From IMG/VR virus record IMGVR_UViG_3300025902_000014, positions 32,314-96,313 of that record: 64,000 bases of DNA. One strand, written 5' to 3'. Position numbers and translations under genes: made by a program. Each line of letters starts with the position of its first letter. The first letter of the stretch is position 1. Shown here piece after piece: positions 55,306-64,000 of the stretch. Source of the DNA: a virus (lineage: Duplodnaviria > Caudoviricetes). The notes beneath the pieces are model-generated. The model had not been told where the DNA came from. It searched no databases and saw only the letters and a program-made list of their open reading frames with translations.

Positions 55306-56411
55306 TGGCCCGTCTGCGGAAGGGGCTGTTCACTCGGGGTCCGAATGCCACGAAGTCTGAACTTCAGTCCGACACGCTGAGCGGTGCCTTTCGGGCCACC
55401 GTAGAGTACAACTGTGATCCTGAGCAGCGGGGACGGGTCAAGATCCGGTTCTACGCTCTCCATGGCCCGCAGGGGACGAACATCAAGAAGGAGGTCAAGA
55501 CCGACGACCTTCCGTGGGCACTCCCTTGTTTCCCGTTTTCCGGTGGGCAGGGCTTCGGGTCTTTCATGGTTCCCGCTGTGGGGTCCACGGTTTGGGTCAT
55601 GGCTGCGGGAGGAGAGCCCGACCAGTACGTTTACCTCGGTGGGTACTTCGCCATCAACAAGGAGCCCGACACCTACCTCCGGGCCATGGGGCAGCCGAAG
55701 GCCGAGATCTCCATGGTCGGAGCGACAGACGTCTGGACGGGGGACAAGGGGCCGGAAGTGCCCCTCGAAGCTCTGGAGATGCTTCACAGCTCGCCCGAGA
55801 TCACGATCCCGGTCAAGACCGTCAAGGGCGCGGCTCTCGTCATGGACGACAAGGACGAGCGGGAGTCCACGGCGCTCATCGACCGGGCCGGGCAGGGGCT
55901 CTTCTTCGAGGCCGAGGTCACGAAGGGGGCCAACCTCAAGAACGCTAAACAGCGGCGGGCGCGGAACCTCAACCGTGGGAAGTCCCCGATTTCGATCCCG
56001 GGGGACACGATCGCCAACGAGACCCGGGTGCTCCTCGTGGACGCCGGAGGCCAAGCTCTCACCCTCCACGCCCACAAGGGGTCGGAGCGGGTGCGCCTCG
56101 TGTCCCGGCCGGTCGAGGAGGACTCGGCCGGGTACGCCGGGCACAAGAACGGGATCGCTGTCGAGCTGGACGCTGGGTCCAAGCGGGTCGCCATCACGAC
56201 ATCTTCCAGCGGAGACTCGGGAGCCCGGATCATCGTGGACGCGGCGGCCAAGTACGTGGAGATCTCCGGGGACGTGACAGTCCGGATCGTGGCTTCAAAC
56301 GTCGAGATTTCGGGCCGGATGACGGTGAGGGGCGATCTTCTCGTGGATGGAGACACGATCGTGACCGGTGACCATGTCGTCTCCGGGCGTCTGACCGGAG
56401 GCGAGAAGTAA
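55305..56411 (+). CDS. baseplate central spike (gp5/gpV OB-fold)
   Basis: DPEQRGRVKIR, LPWA, VPAVGSTVWV; beta-helix C-terminus. Confidence 0.8.
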   Translation: MARLRKGLFTRGPNATKSELQSDTLSGAFRATVEYNCDPEQRGRVKIRFYALHGPQGTNIKKEVKTDDLPWALPCFPFSGGQGFGSFMVPAVGSTVWVMAAGGEPDQYVYLGGYFAINKEPDTYLRAMGQPKAEISMVGATDVWTGDKGPEVPLEALEMLHSSPEITIPVKTVKGAALVMDDKDERESTALIDRAGQGLFFEAEVTKGANLKNAKQRRARNLNRGKSPISIPGDTIANETRVLLVDAGGQALTLHAHKGSERVRLVSRPVEEDSAGYAGHKNGIAVELDAGSKRVAITTSSSGDSGARIIVDAAAKYVEISGDVTVRIVASNVEISGRMTVRGDLLVDGDTIVTGDHVVSGRLTGGEK

Positions 56412-56412
56412 A

Positions 56413-57033
56413 ATGCCCGCCTTGAGAACCGCCTGCAAACGCGGACATCCCCTCACCCCGGAAAACCGGGTTCCGTCTGGGAAAGGTGGGACAACGTGCC
56501 GAATCTGCACTCAGGCCCGGCAACGAGCATGGCGAGAGGCCCATGCCGATGCTGAGAGGGCTCGAACCGCAGCCCGGCTCAAGGTGTGGCAGAAAGAGAA
56601 TCGCGAGAAGACCCACGCCTACAATCGGAAGTGCTACCTCGCACACCGGGAGCCCCGTCTTGAGGCTGCGCGTGCAAAACGCCGGTCGCCTCAAGGGGGG
56701 GCCATTCGGGAGTGGTACCGGAACTACGTCAAGACGCCAGCAGCGAAAGCGTGGCAGCGGAACAATCAGCAGGCTCGACGCACGCGAAAGCTCCAGAATG
56801 GGGTAGGGGAGCCTCTCCCGCTGAGAAAGTTCTACCTGTGGGTGCAAGTGGCTGAAGCGATTCCGTGCGCCTACTGCTCAGCGGATACCCCTCCCGGGGC
56901 TCGCCACGTTGACCATGCCACCCCCTTGGCCCGTGGAGGAGCCCATGCTGTGGGAAACCTCCGGGTAGCGTGCCCCCCATGTAACTGGCGGAAGCAGACA
57001 CAAACCGAGGCCGAATTCATGGGAGGACGCTGA
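56413..57033 (+). mobile_element. HNH homing endonuclease
   Basis: CKRGH, CAYC...VDHATPLARGG...NLRVACPPCN. Confidence 0.85.
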
Positions 57034-59450
57034 TGTCCGGCATTCAGGAGGCCATTGACTTCAACGTCAAGACGAAGGCGGGGCGCTACCTGCACTCCTT
57101 TGTGATCTCCGGAAAAGAGGGTAGCGCCGTAGTACCGGAAGGTGTGCATGTCAGGTTTTATGGGTGTTCGATTACCTCGCTGACTTGCAACGGCAAGAAT
57201 GGCATCTTCATCGAGAACGGTCAGTGTGGAACGATCACGGCCGGGCTGACGAAGATCGCCGGGCGGGGGGTGAACTTCACGGGGGACGCCACCCTCACGG
57301 AGTCGGACGGCGAGTTCTTCAACTGCATCGCCACGGGGAAGTGGACCCTCAAGCAGAAGTCCTACCTTCGCCCGGACAACTCCCAGTTCTCGGGGTCGGC
57401 CATCGCCATGGACCTGAAGGAAGGGTCGCAGGCAAGGGCGACCCGATGCACGTTCTCGGGGCACGGGACTTCCGCCGTGAAGGCGGACACCGGCTCGTAT
57501 GCCCTTCTCTCGAAGTGCTCCCTCGTGCAGGGGGCCGTGGCCGCCCTGTGGGCGCTGGACCGTTCCGTTATCGAGGCGGTGGAGTGCAACCTCGTGGAGG
57601 GCACGGGAGCCGTGGCCACGAAGGTGGAGGGCTCGGGCCGGATCGAGTGCCACAACTGCCTGACCGTCAAGGGGGCGACTCAGGCAGGGAAGGGGGAAGG
57701 CAAGGGCTTCCTCCTCTTCAACAAGTGCCAGACGATCCTTGGGCAGGGCTCCTCGGCCATCCTCCTCGACGGCGAATCCCGGGCGGACATCCGGTCGTTT
57801 CAGACCCTCAAGGGACAGGGGGACTCCGGAATCAAGTGCCTGTCGAAGAACTACGCCTACGTGGCGGACGGGCTCCTGTTCCAGTCGGACGCCAAGGACG
57901 CGGTCGAAGCCCTTTCCGAGTCCGTGGTCGAGGTGGTATCGGTCGGGACGGTCAAGGGGCTGGGTAGGCACGGGGCCAACCTCTCCGGGAAGTCCAAGGC
58001 CAGCTTCCTCCGCTGCACGACCGTACAGGGTGTGGGTGGTCACGGGGCCAACCTCTCCGGGGAATCCCGGGTGTCCTTCGGGGACGTGACGGACGTCCTC
58101 GGGCAGGGCGGGCATGGGGTCAACGCGGACGGGGCCTCCAAGGTGGACTCCCACTCCGTGGTCAACATCACCGGTCAGGCCGGGCACGGGGTCAACCTCT
58201 CTGGTGCCTCCAAGGCCATCATCAAGAAGACCACGAACCTCATCGGTCAGGCCGGGCATGGTGCGAAGCTCTCCGGGGCCTCCAGCATCCTTCTCCACGC
58301 GAACACGAACGTCACCGGGGCGGCTGGGGACGGGGTCAACGCAGAGGACGGCTGTTCTGTCCAGATTGCCCGGTGCCAGACCGTTACCGGAAGTGCCGGG
58401 AACGGGGTCACGATCACCGGAGGTGGGGCTCTGCATGTTTCGGATGTGGAGACCCTTCAGGGTTCGGCCGGGGACGGCATCCTCTCGGACGGGGCCTTCG
58501 TGGAGGTCAAGACGGTCACCACGATTCTCGGGGCTTCGGGGCACGGGATCTGCGGGACCGACGGGGTCATCCGGATCACGAAGGTCCAGTCCATTCAGGG
58601 GGGAGGTGGGGACGGGCTGAACCTCACGAACCCCGACTTCGAGGCCCGGTCCTGTGCCTCGATCCAAGGGTCGGACAACGGGGTCACGGCTGAGGGCCGT
58701 GGGGCGGGGTTGGACCGTGTCCTTCTGGACGGGTGCGCGGCGGTGCAGGGAGCGGCTGTGGGCTACTCCTTCACGTCGGTCAAGGCCATCACCCGGGGCG
58801 GGGCGGTGACGGCTCCTATGGCCCTCCAGCTCGATTCTGCCCACCATGACACGACGATGGACACCTTCAACGGGGACGCGGAGGGTCTGGGGTCGGTTCT
58901 GGACGTCCACGAGTCCACGATCTCCGGGGACGTGGCGTGGGACGACATGGCCATCAACGACCAGAAGGGGAGCCACGGGGCCAACCTGACGATGGACGGG
59001 GTGGGCATGGTCATGGCCGGGACGACGCTTCCGGCGAACTCCGCGAGCGGGTGTGGACTCGTGGGGGCCAAGGCCAACCTCGGGGACACGGATACTGCCG
59101 GGGGCGGCGTCATGCTGGCAGGTGGGGCGGGCAGCATCAAGGGCGACGGGGCTGCGGTCTCTCTCAACGCGGGAACACCCGACGACGGGGTGGACTACGT
59201 GGCCCTGAACATCGGCACCGTGAAGTCTCAAGATCAGGACGGTTCCTTCGTTCGGGTCGCCGCGAACGAGGTCAAGACGAGTTCCACGGATGGCAGCACG
59301 ATCACGGTCACGGCCAACATCGCCGAGGAAGCTGTCGCCGCCTTCAGTGCCAAGGCGGGTACGACGGCTGAGGTCGAAGGCCCCGCTCTGGCCACTATCA
59401 AGTCGGGGGCTCAGATCGTGCTCGAAGCTCCTGTCGTGGATGTCGTTTGA
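57033..59450 (+). CDS. beta-helix repeat tail / baseplate protein
   Basis: Regular GxxGHGxNLSGxS repeats; spike-like C-terminal strands. Confidence 0.7.
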   Translation: MSGIQEAIDFNVKTKAGRYLHSFVISGKEGSAVVPEGVHVRFYGCSITSLTCNGKNGIFIENGQCGTITAGLTKIAGRGVNFTGDATLTESDGEFFNCIATGKWTLKQKSYLRPDNSQFSGSAIAMDLKEGSQARATRCTFSGHGTSAVKADTGSYALLSKCSLVQGAVAALWALDRSVIEAVECNLVEGTGAVATKVEGSGRIECHNCLTVKGATQAGKGEGKGFLLFNKCQTILGQGSSAILLDGESRADIRSFQTLKGQGDSGIKCLSKNYAYVADGLLFQSDAKDAVEALSESVVEVVSVGTVKGLGRHGANLSGKSKASFLRCTTVQGVGGHGANLSGESRVSFGDVTDVLGQGGHGVNADGASKVDSHSVVNITGQAGHGVNLSGASKAIIKKTTNLIGQAGHGAKLSGASSILLHANTNVTGAAGDGVNAEDGCSVQIARCQTVTGSAGNGVTITGGGALHVSDVETLQGSAGDGILSDGAFVEVKTVTTILGASGHGICGTDGVIRITKVQSIQGGGGDGLNLTNPDFEARSCASIQGSDNGVTAEGRGAGLDRVLLDGCAAVQGAAVGYSFTSVKAITRGGAVTAPMALQLDSAHHDTTMDTFNGDAEGLGSVLDVHESTISGDVAWDDMAINDQKGSHGANLTMDGVGMVMAGTTLPANSASGCGLVGAKANLGDTDTAGGGVMLAGGAGSIKGDGAAVSLNAGTPDDGVDYVALNIGTVKSQDQDGSFVRVAANEVKTSSTDGSTITVTANIAEEAVAAFSAKAGTTAEVEGPALATIKSGAQIVLEAPVVDVV

Positions 59451-60337
59451 TGCTGGATGCCTTCAAGAACTTCGCTTCCTCGAACCTCGGCGCACCCATC
59501 GGGGCTGCCGATGTGTCGATCCCTGTCGAGGTAGGCAAGGGCGCGAGGTTCCCGGCGGTCCCGTTCAACGCGGTCATCTGGAACTACACGGACTACTCTG
59601 ACCCGTCAGACGACTCGCTCCGCGAGATCGTCAGGGTCACGGACATCACCGGGGACACCCTGACAGTCGTTCGGGGGCAGGAGGGTACGAGCGCGGTCCC
59701 GCACAACATCGGAGGCCGCGTCTACCGGATCATCGCTCCCCTGACCGCCAAGACCCTGAACGAAGACCTGCCAGCGACGTACGCCCTCTCGGGGCACACG
59801 CATCCGTCGCTGTCGGGCTACTCGGGGTGGTCAGGCTACTCCGGGGTGTCGGGGTACTCGGGACTCACGGGAGAACAGGGCATCTCTGGATACTCTGGAC
59901 ACGGGCTGTCCGGGTACAGCGGGATGGCTGGTGAATCCGGGTACTCTGGCGTTGCCGGTGAATCGGGGATTTCTGGCTGGTCGGGTCTTTCTGGTTGGTC
60001 TGGGTCGGGCATCTCAGGCTGGTCGGGTGAGACAGGAACTTCAGGGTTCAGCGGATTCTCCGGTTGGTCGGGTGACATGGGGTTCCGGGGAATTTCCGGC
60101 TGGTCTGGTATCTCCGGGTACAGTGGGATGTCGGGTAGCAGCGGTGCTGACGGAGTGTCGGGCTACAGTGGGTGGTCTGGAGAAGGGGCGTCTGGTTACT
60201 CCGGGTATAGCGGGGCTTCTGCCTCGGACCATTCTGCTTTGTCGAATCTTGGCTACGAGGTAGCTGGGCACACAGGGTTTCAAAAGGCTCTTACATGGGA
60301 TGACGCCTTCGGGGCGTATCTCATCGAGCAGGCATAG
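59447..60337 (+). CDS. tail fibre protein with SGx triplet repeats
   Basis: EIVRVT...LTVVRGQEGT domain followed by (SG[YWF])n. Confidence 0.7.
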   Translation: MMLDAFKNFASSNLGAPIGAADVSIPVEVGKGARFPAVPFNAVIWNYTDYSDPSDDSLREIVRVTDITGDTLTVVRGQEGTSAVPHNIGGRVYRIIAPLTAKTLNEDLPATYALSGHTHPSLSGYSGWSGYSGVSGYSGLTGEQGISGYSGHGLSGYSGMAGESGYSGVAGESGISGWSGLSGWSGSGISGWSGETGTSGFSGFSGWSGDMGFRGISGWSGISGYSGMSGSSGADGVSGYSGWSGEGASGYSGYSGASASDHSALSNLGYEVAGHTGFQKALTWDDAFGAYLIEQA

Positions 60338-60348
60338 AGAGGCACAAC

Positions 60349-61560
60349 ATGGCGAACTACAGAGTTCCAGTCATCGAACGGTTTAGCTGGCAACCCCCTG
60401 TGCTCGGAAAAGCAGCGGACAGCGCCGCAGCGCCTGCTGGGGTCAACAACAAGGGGGATCGCTGGATCATCGGCGCAACTCCGGGCACGTGGACAGCCTT
60501 TGCGGGCCAGCCTGCGGTTTCGGAAAACTGCATTGCCACCTGTGCCGTCGGTGGAGCCGGAGTGGCGGCGCAGTGGCTCTTCGACTCCCCTGTTGAGGGG
60601 TGGCAGACGTGGCGCGTTGACCTGAATCAGTTCTGGTACTTTGATGGAGCTATCTGGAACTCGCTTCAGGCAGGGTACTCCGGATTTTCTGGGGTTAGCG
60701 GGTTTTCGGGCTTCTCCGGTGTCAGCGGGTACTCCGGCGTCTCGGGGTTCTCCGGCAGGTCCGGGTATTCGGGCGTGTCTGGAGCTTCGGGGTGGTCGGG
60801 CATCTCGGGCTTCTCGGGGTGGTCGGGCATCTCGGGCTTCTCGGGGTGGTCGGGCATCAGCGGCTTCTCAGGGTGGTCTGGTATCTCGGGCTTCTCGGGT
60901 CGTTCCGGGTTCTCTGGGTCTGGCGTGTCGGGGTGGTCTGGCTTCTCGGGTGAGAAGGGTCTTGGGTTCAAGATCTCCAAGACCTACGCAACGGTCGCTG
61001 CGCTCCTTGCGGACACATCCCCCGTTGGTATCCTGACCGGCGAGTTCGCGCTCATCATCACGGCTGCTCCGGAAGATGCGGACAACGGTCGGCTCTACCT
61101 GTGGGACGGCTCGGTCTACCAGTACGTCGTGGACATGTCCGTGCAGGGCATTCAGGGGCCGACCGGTTCGACGGGTACCTCTGGCTACTCGGGGTGGTCT
61201 GGGATCTCCGGGTGGTCTGGGATCTCCGGCTGGTCCGGCATCAGCGGCTTCTCCGGCGTATCTGGGTGGTCAGGCCGGTCCGGCTACTCGGGCTCAGGCG
61301 TCTCTGGGTGGTCCGGGGCTTCGGGTCGCTCCGGTTACTCCGGCTGGTCCGGCGTCTCTGGCTGGTCGGGGATCTCAGGATGGTCGGGAATCTCAGGGTG
61401 GTCCGGGGCTTCGGGTCGCTCCGGTTACTCCGGCTGGTCCGGCGTCTCTGGCTGGTCGGGGATCTCAGGATGGTCGGGGATCTCAGGGTGGTCGGGCTTC
61501 TCCGGGCCGGGTGCCTCCTACGACTCTACGTACCAGTGCCTCATCATCGGAGCTGTCTAG
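60349..61560 (+). CDS. tail fibre protein (DUF2793-like N-terminus) with SGx repeats
   Basis: GDRWII...W...PVEGW; two SGx tracts. Confidence 0.7.
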   Translation: MANYRVPVIERFSWQPPVLGKAADSAAAPAGVNNKGDRWIIGATPGTWTAFAGQPAVSENCIATCAVGGAGVAAQWLFDSPVEGWQTWRVDLNQFWYFDGAIWNSLQAGYSGFSGVSGFSGFSGVSGYSGVSGFSGRSGYSGVSGASGWSGISGFSGWSGISGFSGWSGISGFSGWSGISGFSGRSGFSGSGVSGWSGFSGEKGLGFKISKTYATVAALLADTSPVGILTGEFALIITAAPEDADNGRLYLWDGSVYQYVVDMSVQGIQGPTGSTGTSGYSGWSGISGWSGISGWSGISGFSGVSGWSGRSGYSGSGVSGWSGASGRSGYSGWSGVSGWSGISGWSGISGWSGASGRSGYSGWSGVSGWSGISGWSGISGWSGFSGPGASYDSTYQCLIIGAV

Positions 61561-61570
61561 AGGGTAGGGC

Positions 61571-62992
61571 ATGACGAATTACCGGGTTCCTGTACTTGAC
61601 ACCTTCGAGTGGCAGAAGCCTGTCATCAGTAAGGGCTACACGTCCCCTCCGGGTGTGGTGGCTAAGGGGGACCGGTACCTGATCGTGGCCACGCCTTCGG
61701 GCCTGTGGACCGGGCAGATCAACAAGATCGCTGAGTACGAAGGAGCCAACTGGTTCTTCGTGGCCCCCAAGACCGGCATGTCTGTCTTCGTGGCCGATGA
61801 AAGTCTCTGGTACATCTACGATGGAACATGGGTCTTGTGGATGGGTTGGTCTGGGTATTCAGGTCACTCTGGAGTCTCCGGCTTCTCGGGACATAGTGGA
61901 TTCTCTGGAGTCTCCGGCTTCTCTGGCTTCACTGGTGGTCAGGGAATTCAGGGCATCTCGGGTTATTCAGGGCTGACCGGCGCTACAGGGACTTCCGGCT
62001 TCTCGGGTTACTCTGGTAGGTCTGGCTATTCGGGTCTCACGGGAGGAACGGGAGGAACTGGTACTTCCGGCTTCTCGGGTTACTCTGGTAGGTCTGGCTA
62101 TTCGGGTCTCACGGGAGGAACGGGAGGAACTGGTACTTCCGGCTTCTCGGGTTACTCTGGTAGGTCTGGCTATTCGGGTCTCACGGGAGGAACGGGAGGA
62201 ACTGGTACTTCCGGCTTCTCGGGTTACTCTGGTAGGTCTGGCTATTCGGGTCTCACGGGAGGAACGGGAGGAACTGGTACTTCCGGCTTCTCGGGTTACT
62301 CTGGTAGGTCTGGCTATTCGGGTCTCACGGGAGGAACGGGAGGAACTGGTACTTCCGGCTTCTCTGGATACTCCGGAATGTCCGGCTATTCGGGGGTCAC
62401 TGGCCCCGTAGGTGGGTCTTTCCGAGCGCAAGAGTTCCTCGTATCTGGTACGTGGACATCACCGGCCGGCGTAACTGAGGTCTGGGTTACTGCATGTGCT
62501 GGTGGTGGCGGTGGGGGCGGTAACTCAACAAGTGTTACTACTTCATGTTCTGGTGGCGGTGGTGGGGGAGACTCTGTTTACAGAAAGAAGCTCACTGTAA
62601 CCGCATCTACTGCATACACGATCACGATAGGCGCGGGTGGTGCTGCTGGGGTTGTCTCCGCAACGTCGTCGTCGGTCACGGCAGGCGAGACTGGCGGGAC
62701 TACCTCTTTCGGTGCGTTGCTGTCTCTTTCCGGCGGGGTGGGCGGAGCTAGGACTGTAAGTGACGTCCCGGGGAATGGGGGAAGTCCCGGAGGACCGGGA
62801 GGCACGGTAGGAATGACTGGTGGGTACCGCGTTGCGACTTACGACCCGTATCCAAGAATCGCATATGGTGGAACGAGTTTTCCCGGTGGCTACGGGGCAG
62901 GCGGTCGGGGATCGTACTGGCGGGGTACCGGTGCAGGTAGCACAGCAAGGGCCGGGAATCAGGGCTACATGCTGATCGAGTGGAATGAGTAA
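61571..62992 (+). CDS. tail fibre protein with SGx repeats and a glycine-rich tip domain
   Basis: N-terminus paralogous to 60349; EFLVSGTWTSPAGV...GGGGGG domain. Confidence 0.75.
   Translation: MTNYRVPVLDTFEWQKPVISKGYTSPPGVVAKGDRYLIVATPSGLWTGQINKIAEYEGANWFFVAPKTGMSVFVADESLWYIYDGTWVLWMGWSGYSGHSGVSGFSGHSGFSGVSGFSGFTGGQGIQGISGYSGLTGATGTSGFSGYSGRSGYSGLTGGTGGTGTSGFSGYSGRSGYSGLTGGTGGTGTSGFSGYSGRSGYSGLTGGTGGTGTSGFSGYSGRSGYSGLTGGTGGTGTSGFSGYSGRSGYSGLTGGTGGTGTSGFSGYSGMSGYSGVTGPVGGSFRAQEFLVSGTWTSPAGVTEVWVTACAGGGGGGGNSTSVTTSCSGGGGGGDSVYRKKLTVTASTAYTITIGAGGAAGVVSATSSSVTAGETGGTTSFGALLSLSGGVGGARTVSDVPGNGGSPGGPGGTVGMTGGYRVATYDPYPRIAYGGTSFPGGYGAGGRGSYWRGTGAGSTARAGNQGYMLIEWNE
61991..62364 (+). repeat. 72-bp tandem repeat, five identical copies plus a partial
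   Basis: Units start at 61991, 62063, 62135, 62207, 62279 and 62351. Confidence 0.9.
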
Positions 62993-63576
62993 TGCGCAAG
63001 CAGGAGTTTCTCACCTCTGGCACATGGACGGCGCCCGCAGGTCTAACGAACAGCGAGTGCTGGGTTACTGCATGTGCAGGCGGTGGTGGGGGAGGTGGAA
63101 CTAAGCTGATGAACAACCCCATTCCGGGGTCCGCTGGTGGCGGTGGTGGGGGAGACTCTGTTTACAGAAAGAAGCTCACTGTAACCGCATCTACTGGATA
63201 CACGATCACGATAGGCGCGGGTGGCACAGCGGGCACAAGCTCTACTTTGAACGCTGGGGTTAGCTCTGGCGGAGTTGGCGGGACTACTTCTTTCGGTGCG
63301 CTGTTATCTCTGTTGGGGGGAGACGGAGGAGCCTTTACACTTACAGAAGAACCGGGGATCGGGGGGGATTCTGGCGGCCCCGGGGGGACGCTGGGCGAAA
63401 CGGGCGGCTATCATGGGCTCAGTTTCGATGATGCTCCTGACGCGGCGTACGGCGGGATAAGCTATCCACCCGGCTACGGATGTGGGGGTCGGGGCGCATT
63501 CTGGGGCAGCGGTACTGGCAGTGAGGACGCAGAGGCAGGGAATCAGGGCTACATGCTGATCGAGTGGAATGAATAA
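62992..63576 (+). CDS. stand-alone glycine-rich tip domain, paralogue of the C-terminus of 61571
   Basis: Near-identical framework segments ending GNQGYMLIEWNE. Confidence 0.75.
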   Translation: MRKQEFLTSGTWTAPAGLTNSECWVTACAGGGGGGGTKLMNNPIPGSAGGGGGGDSVYRKKLTVTASTGYTITIGAGGTAGTSSTLNAGVSSGGVGGTTSFGALLSLLGGDGGAFTLTEEPGIGGDSGGPGGTLGETGGYHGLSFDDAPDAAYGGISYPPGYGCGGRGAFWGSGTGSEDAEAGNQGYMLIEWNE

Positions 63577-63577
63577 A

Positions 63578-64000
63578 ATGAGACTAGCACAGATAGACAC
63601 GACGACGAATCTTGTAGTCAACACGCTTCTCGGAGACCTTCAGGAGATGCAGTCGCTGTTTCCTGAGTCCCTGCTTCTGGCGTCAGATACTGCTGGAATC
63701 GGCTGGACGTGGACAGGGACCGAGCTGGTTCCTCCTGTGCAGGAGGAAGTTCCGCCTGTCGAGCCTCCCCCGACTACGATCATCACTAAGCTCGCCTTTC
63801 GGAACCGGTTCACTCAGGCAGAGAAGGTGGCGCTATACACGGCGGCGGAAACGAACGTTCCGATCCGTGTATACCTCGATGACGTGAACGCGGCGACGTT
63901 CATCGACCTCTCCCGTCCTGACACAAGTATTGGCGTGCAGCAGCTTGAAAGCGCGGGTCTCCTTGCCCCCGGCAGAGCTAACGAGATTCTCACTGCCCCA
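63578..64000 (+). CDS. tail fibre assembly-like protein (truncated by the window end)
   Basis: AGIGWTW, ITKLAFRNRFTQAE, IDLSRPDT...RANEIL. Confidence 0.65.
   Translation, partial: MRLAQIDTTTNLVVNTLLGDLQEMQSLFPESLLLASDTAGIGWTWTGTELVPPVQEEVPPVEPPPTTIITKLAFRNRFTQAEKVALYTAAETNVPIRVYLDDVNAATFIDLSRPDTSIGVQQLESAGLLAPGRANEILTAP

Noticed and set aside
55305-59450. Intron-split spike gene around the HNH at 56413
   Set aside because: Both flanking ORFs look complete, and they abut the HNH with no room for intron structure.
33937-59450. Bacterial contractile injection system or tailocin locus
   Set aside because: Capsid, prohead protease and neck genes are present, so this is a phage.
61991-62364. CRISPR array
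   Set aside because: These are spacer-less tandem repeats in frame within a coding gene.
62425-63576. Diversity-generating retroelement template/variable repeat pair
   Set aside because: The differences are not adenine-specific and include indels, both copies are coding, and no reverse transcriptase is present in the window.
1-64000. tRNA/rRNA genes and alternative genetic code
   Set aside because: I recognised no cloverleaf or rRNA by eye, and core genes are intact under the standard code with all three stop codons used.

Overview
This GC-rich window comes from a large contractile-tailed dsDNA phage with a T4-like head module. Almost every gene is on the + strand. Positions 1-10.3 kb hold small accessory genes, including an XRE regulator, a SAM methyltransferase, a degenerate Ro60/TROVE protein and an apparently inactive prohead-protease paralogue. 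From about 10.3 kb onward lies the virion region: protease-scaffold, gp23-like major capsid protein, neck and head-closure proteins, tail terminator, sheath, lysis genes, tube, chaperone, tape measure, baseplate, spike and Ser-Gly repeat fibres. Seven free-standing homing-endonuclease-related ORFs interrupt it. The main unexplained structure is a set of about 25 unrelated small proteins sharing an N-terminal peptide, M[KR][VI]x[TE]x[LI]xE[AS]L[LTV](x)E. The same peptide recurs as an internal linker in multi-domain ORFs. I read this as a candidate capsid-targeting, prohead-protease-cleaved cargo system. Also visible are two promoter classes: sigma70-type promoters that are mostly leaderless and carry a palindrome over the -35, and an ACTATC box at a near-fixed distance from late genes. 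There are also two ACTATC-driven structured non-coding RNA candidates (one next to the Ro60-like gene) and a likely frameshift in the tail chaperone. All family calls come from motif recognition by eye; no database searches were run.
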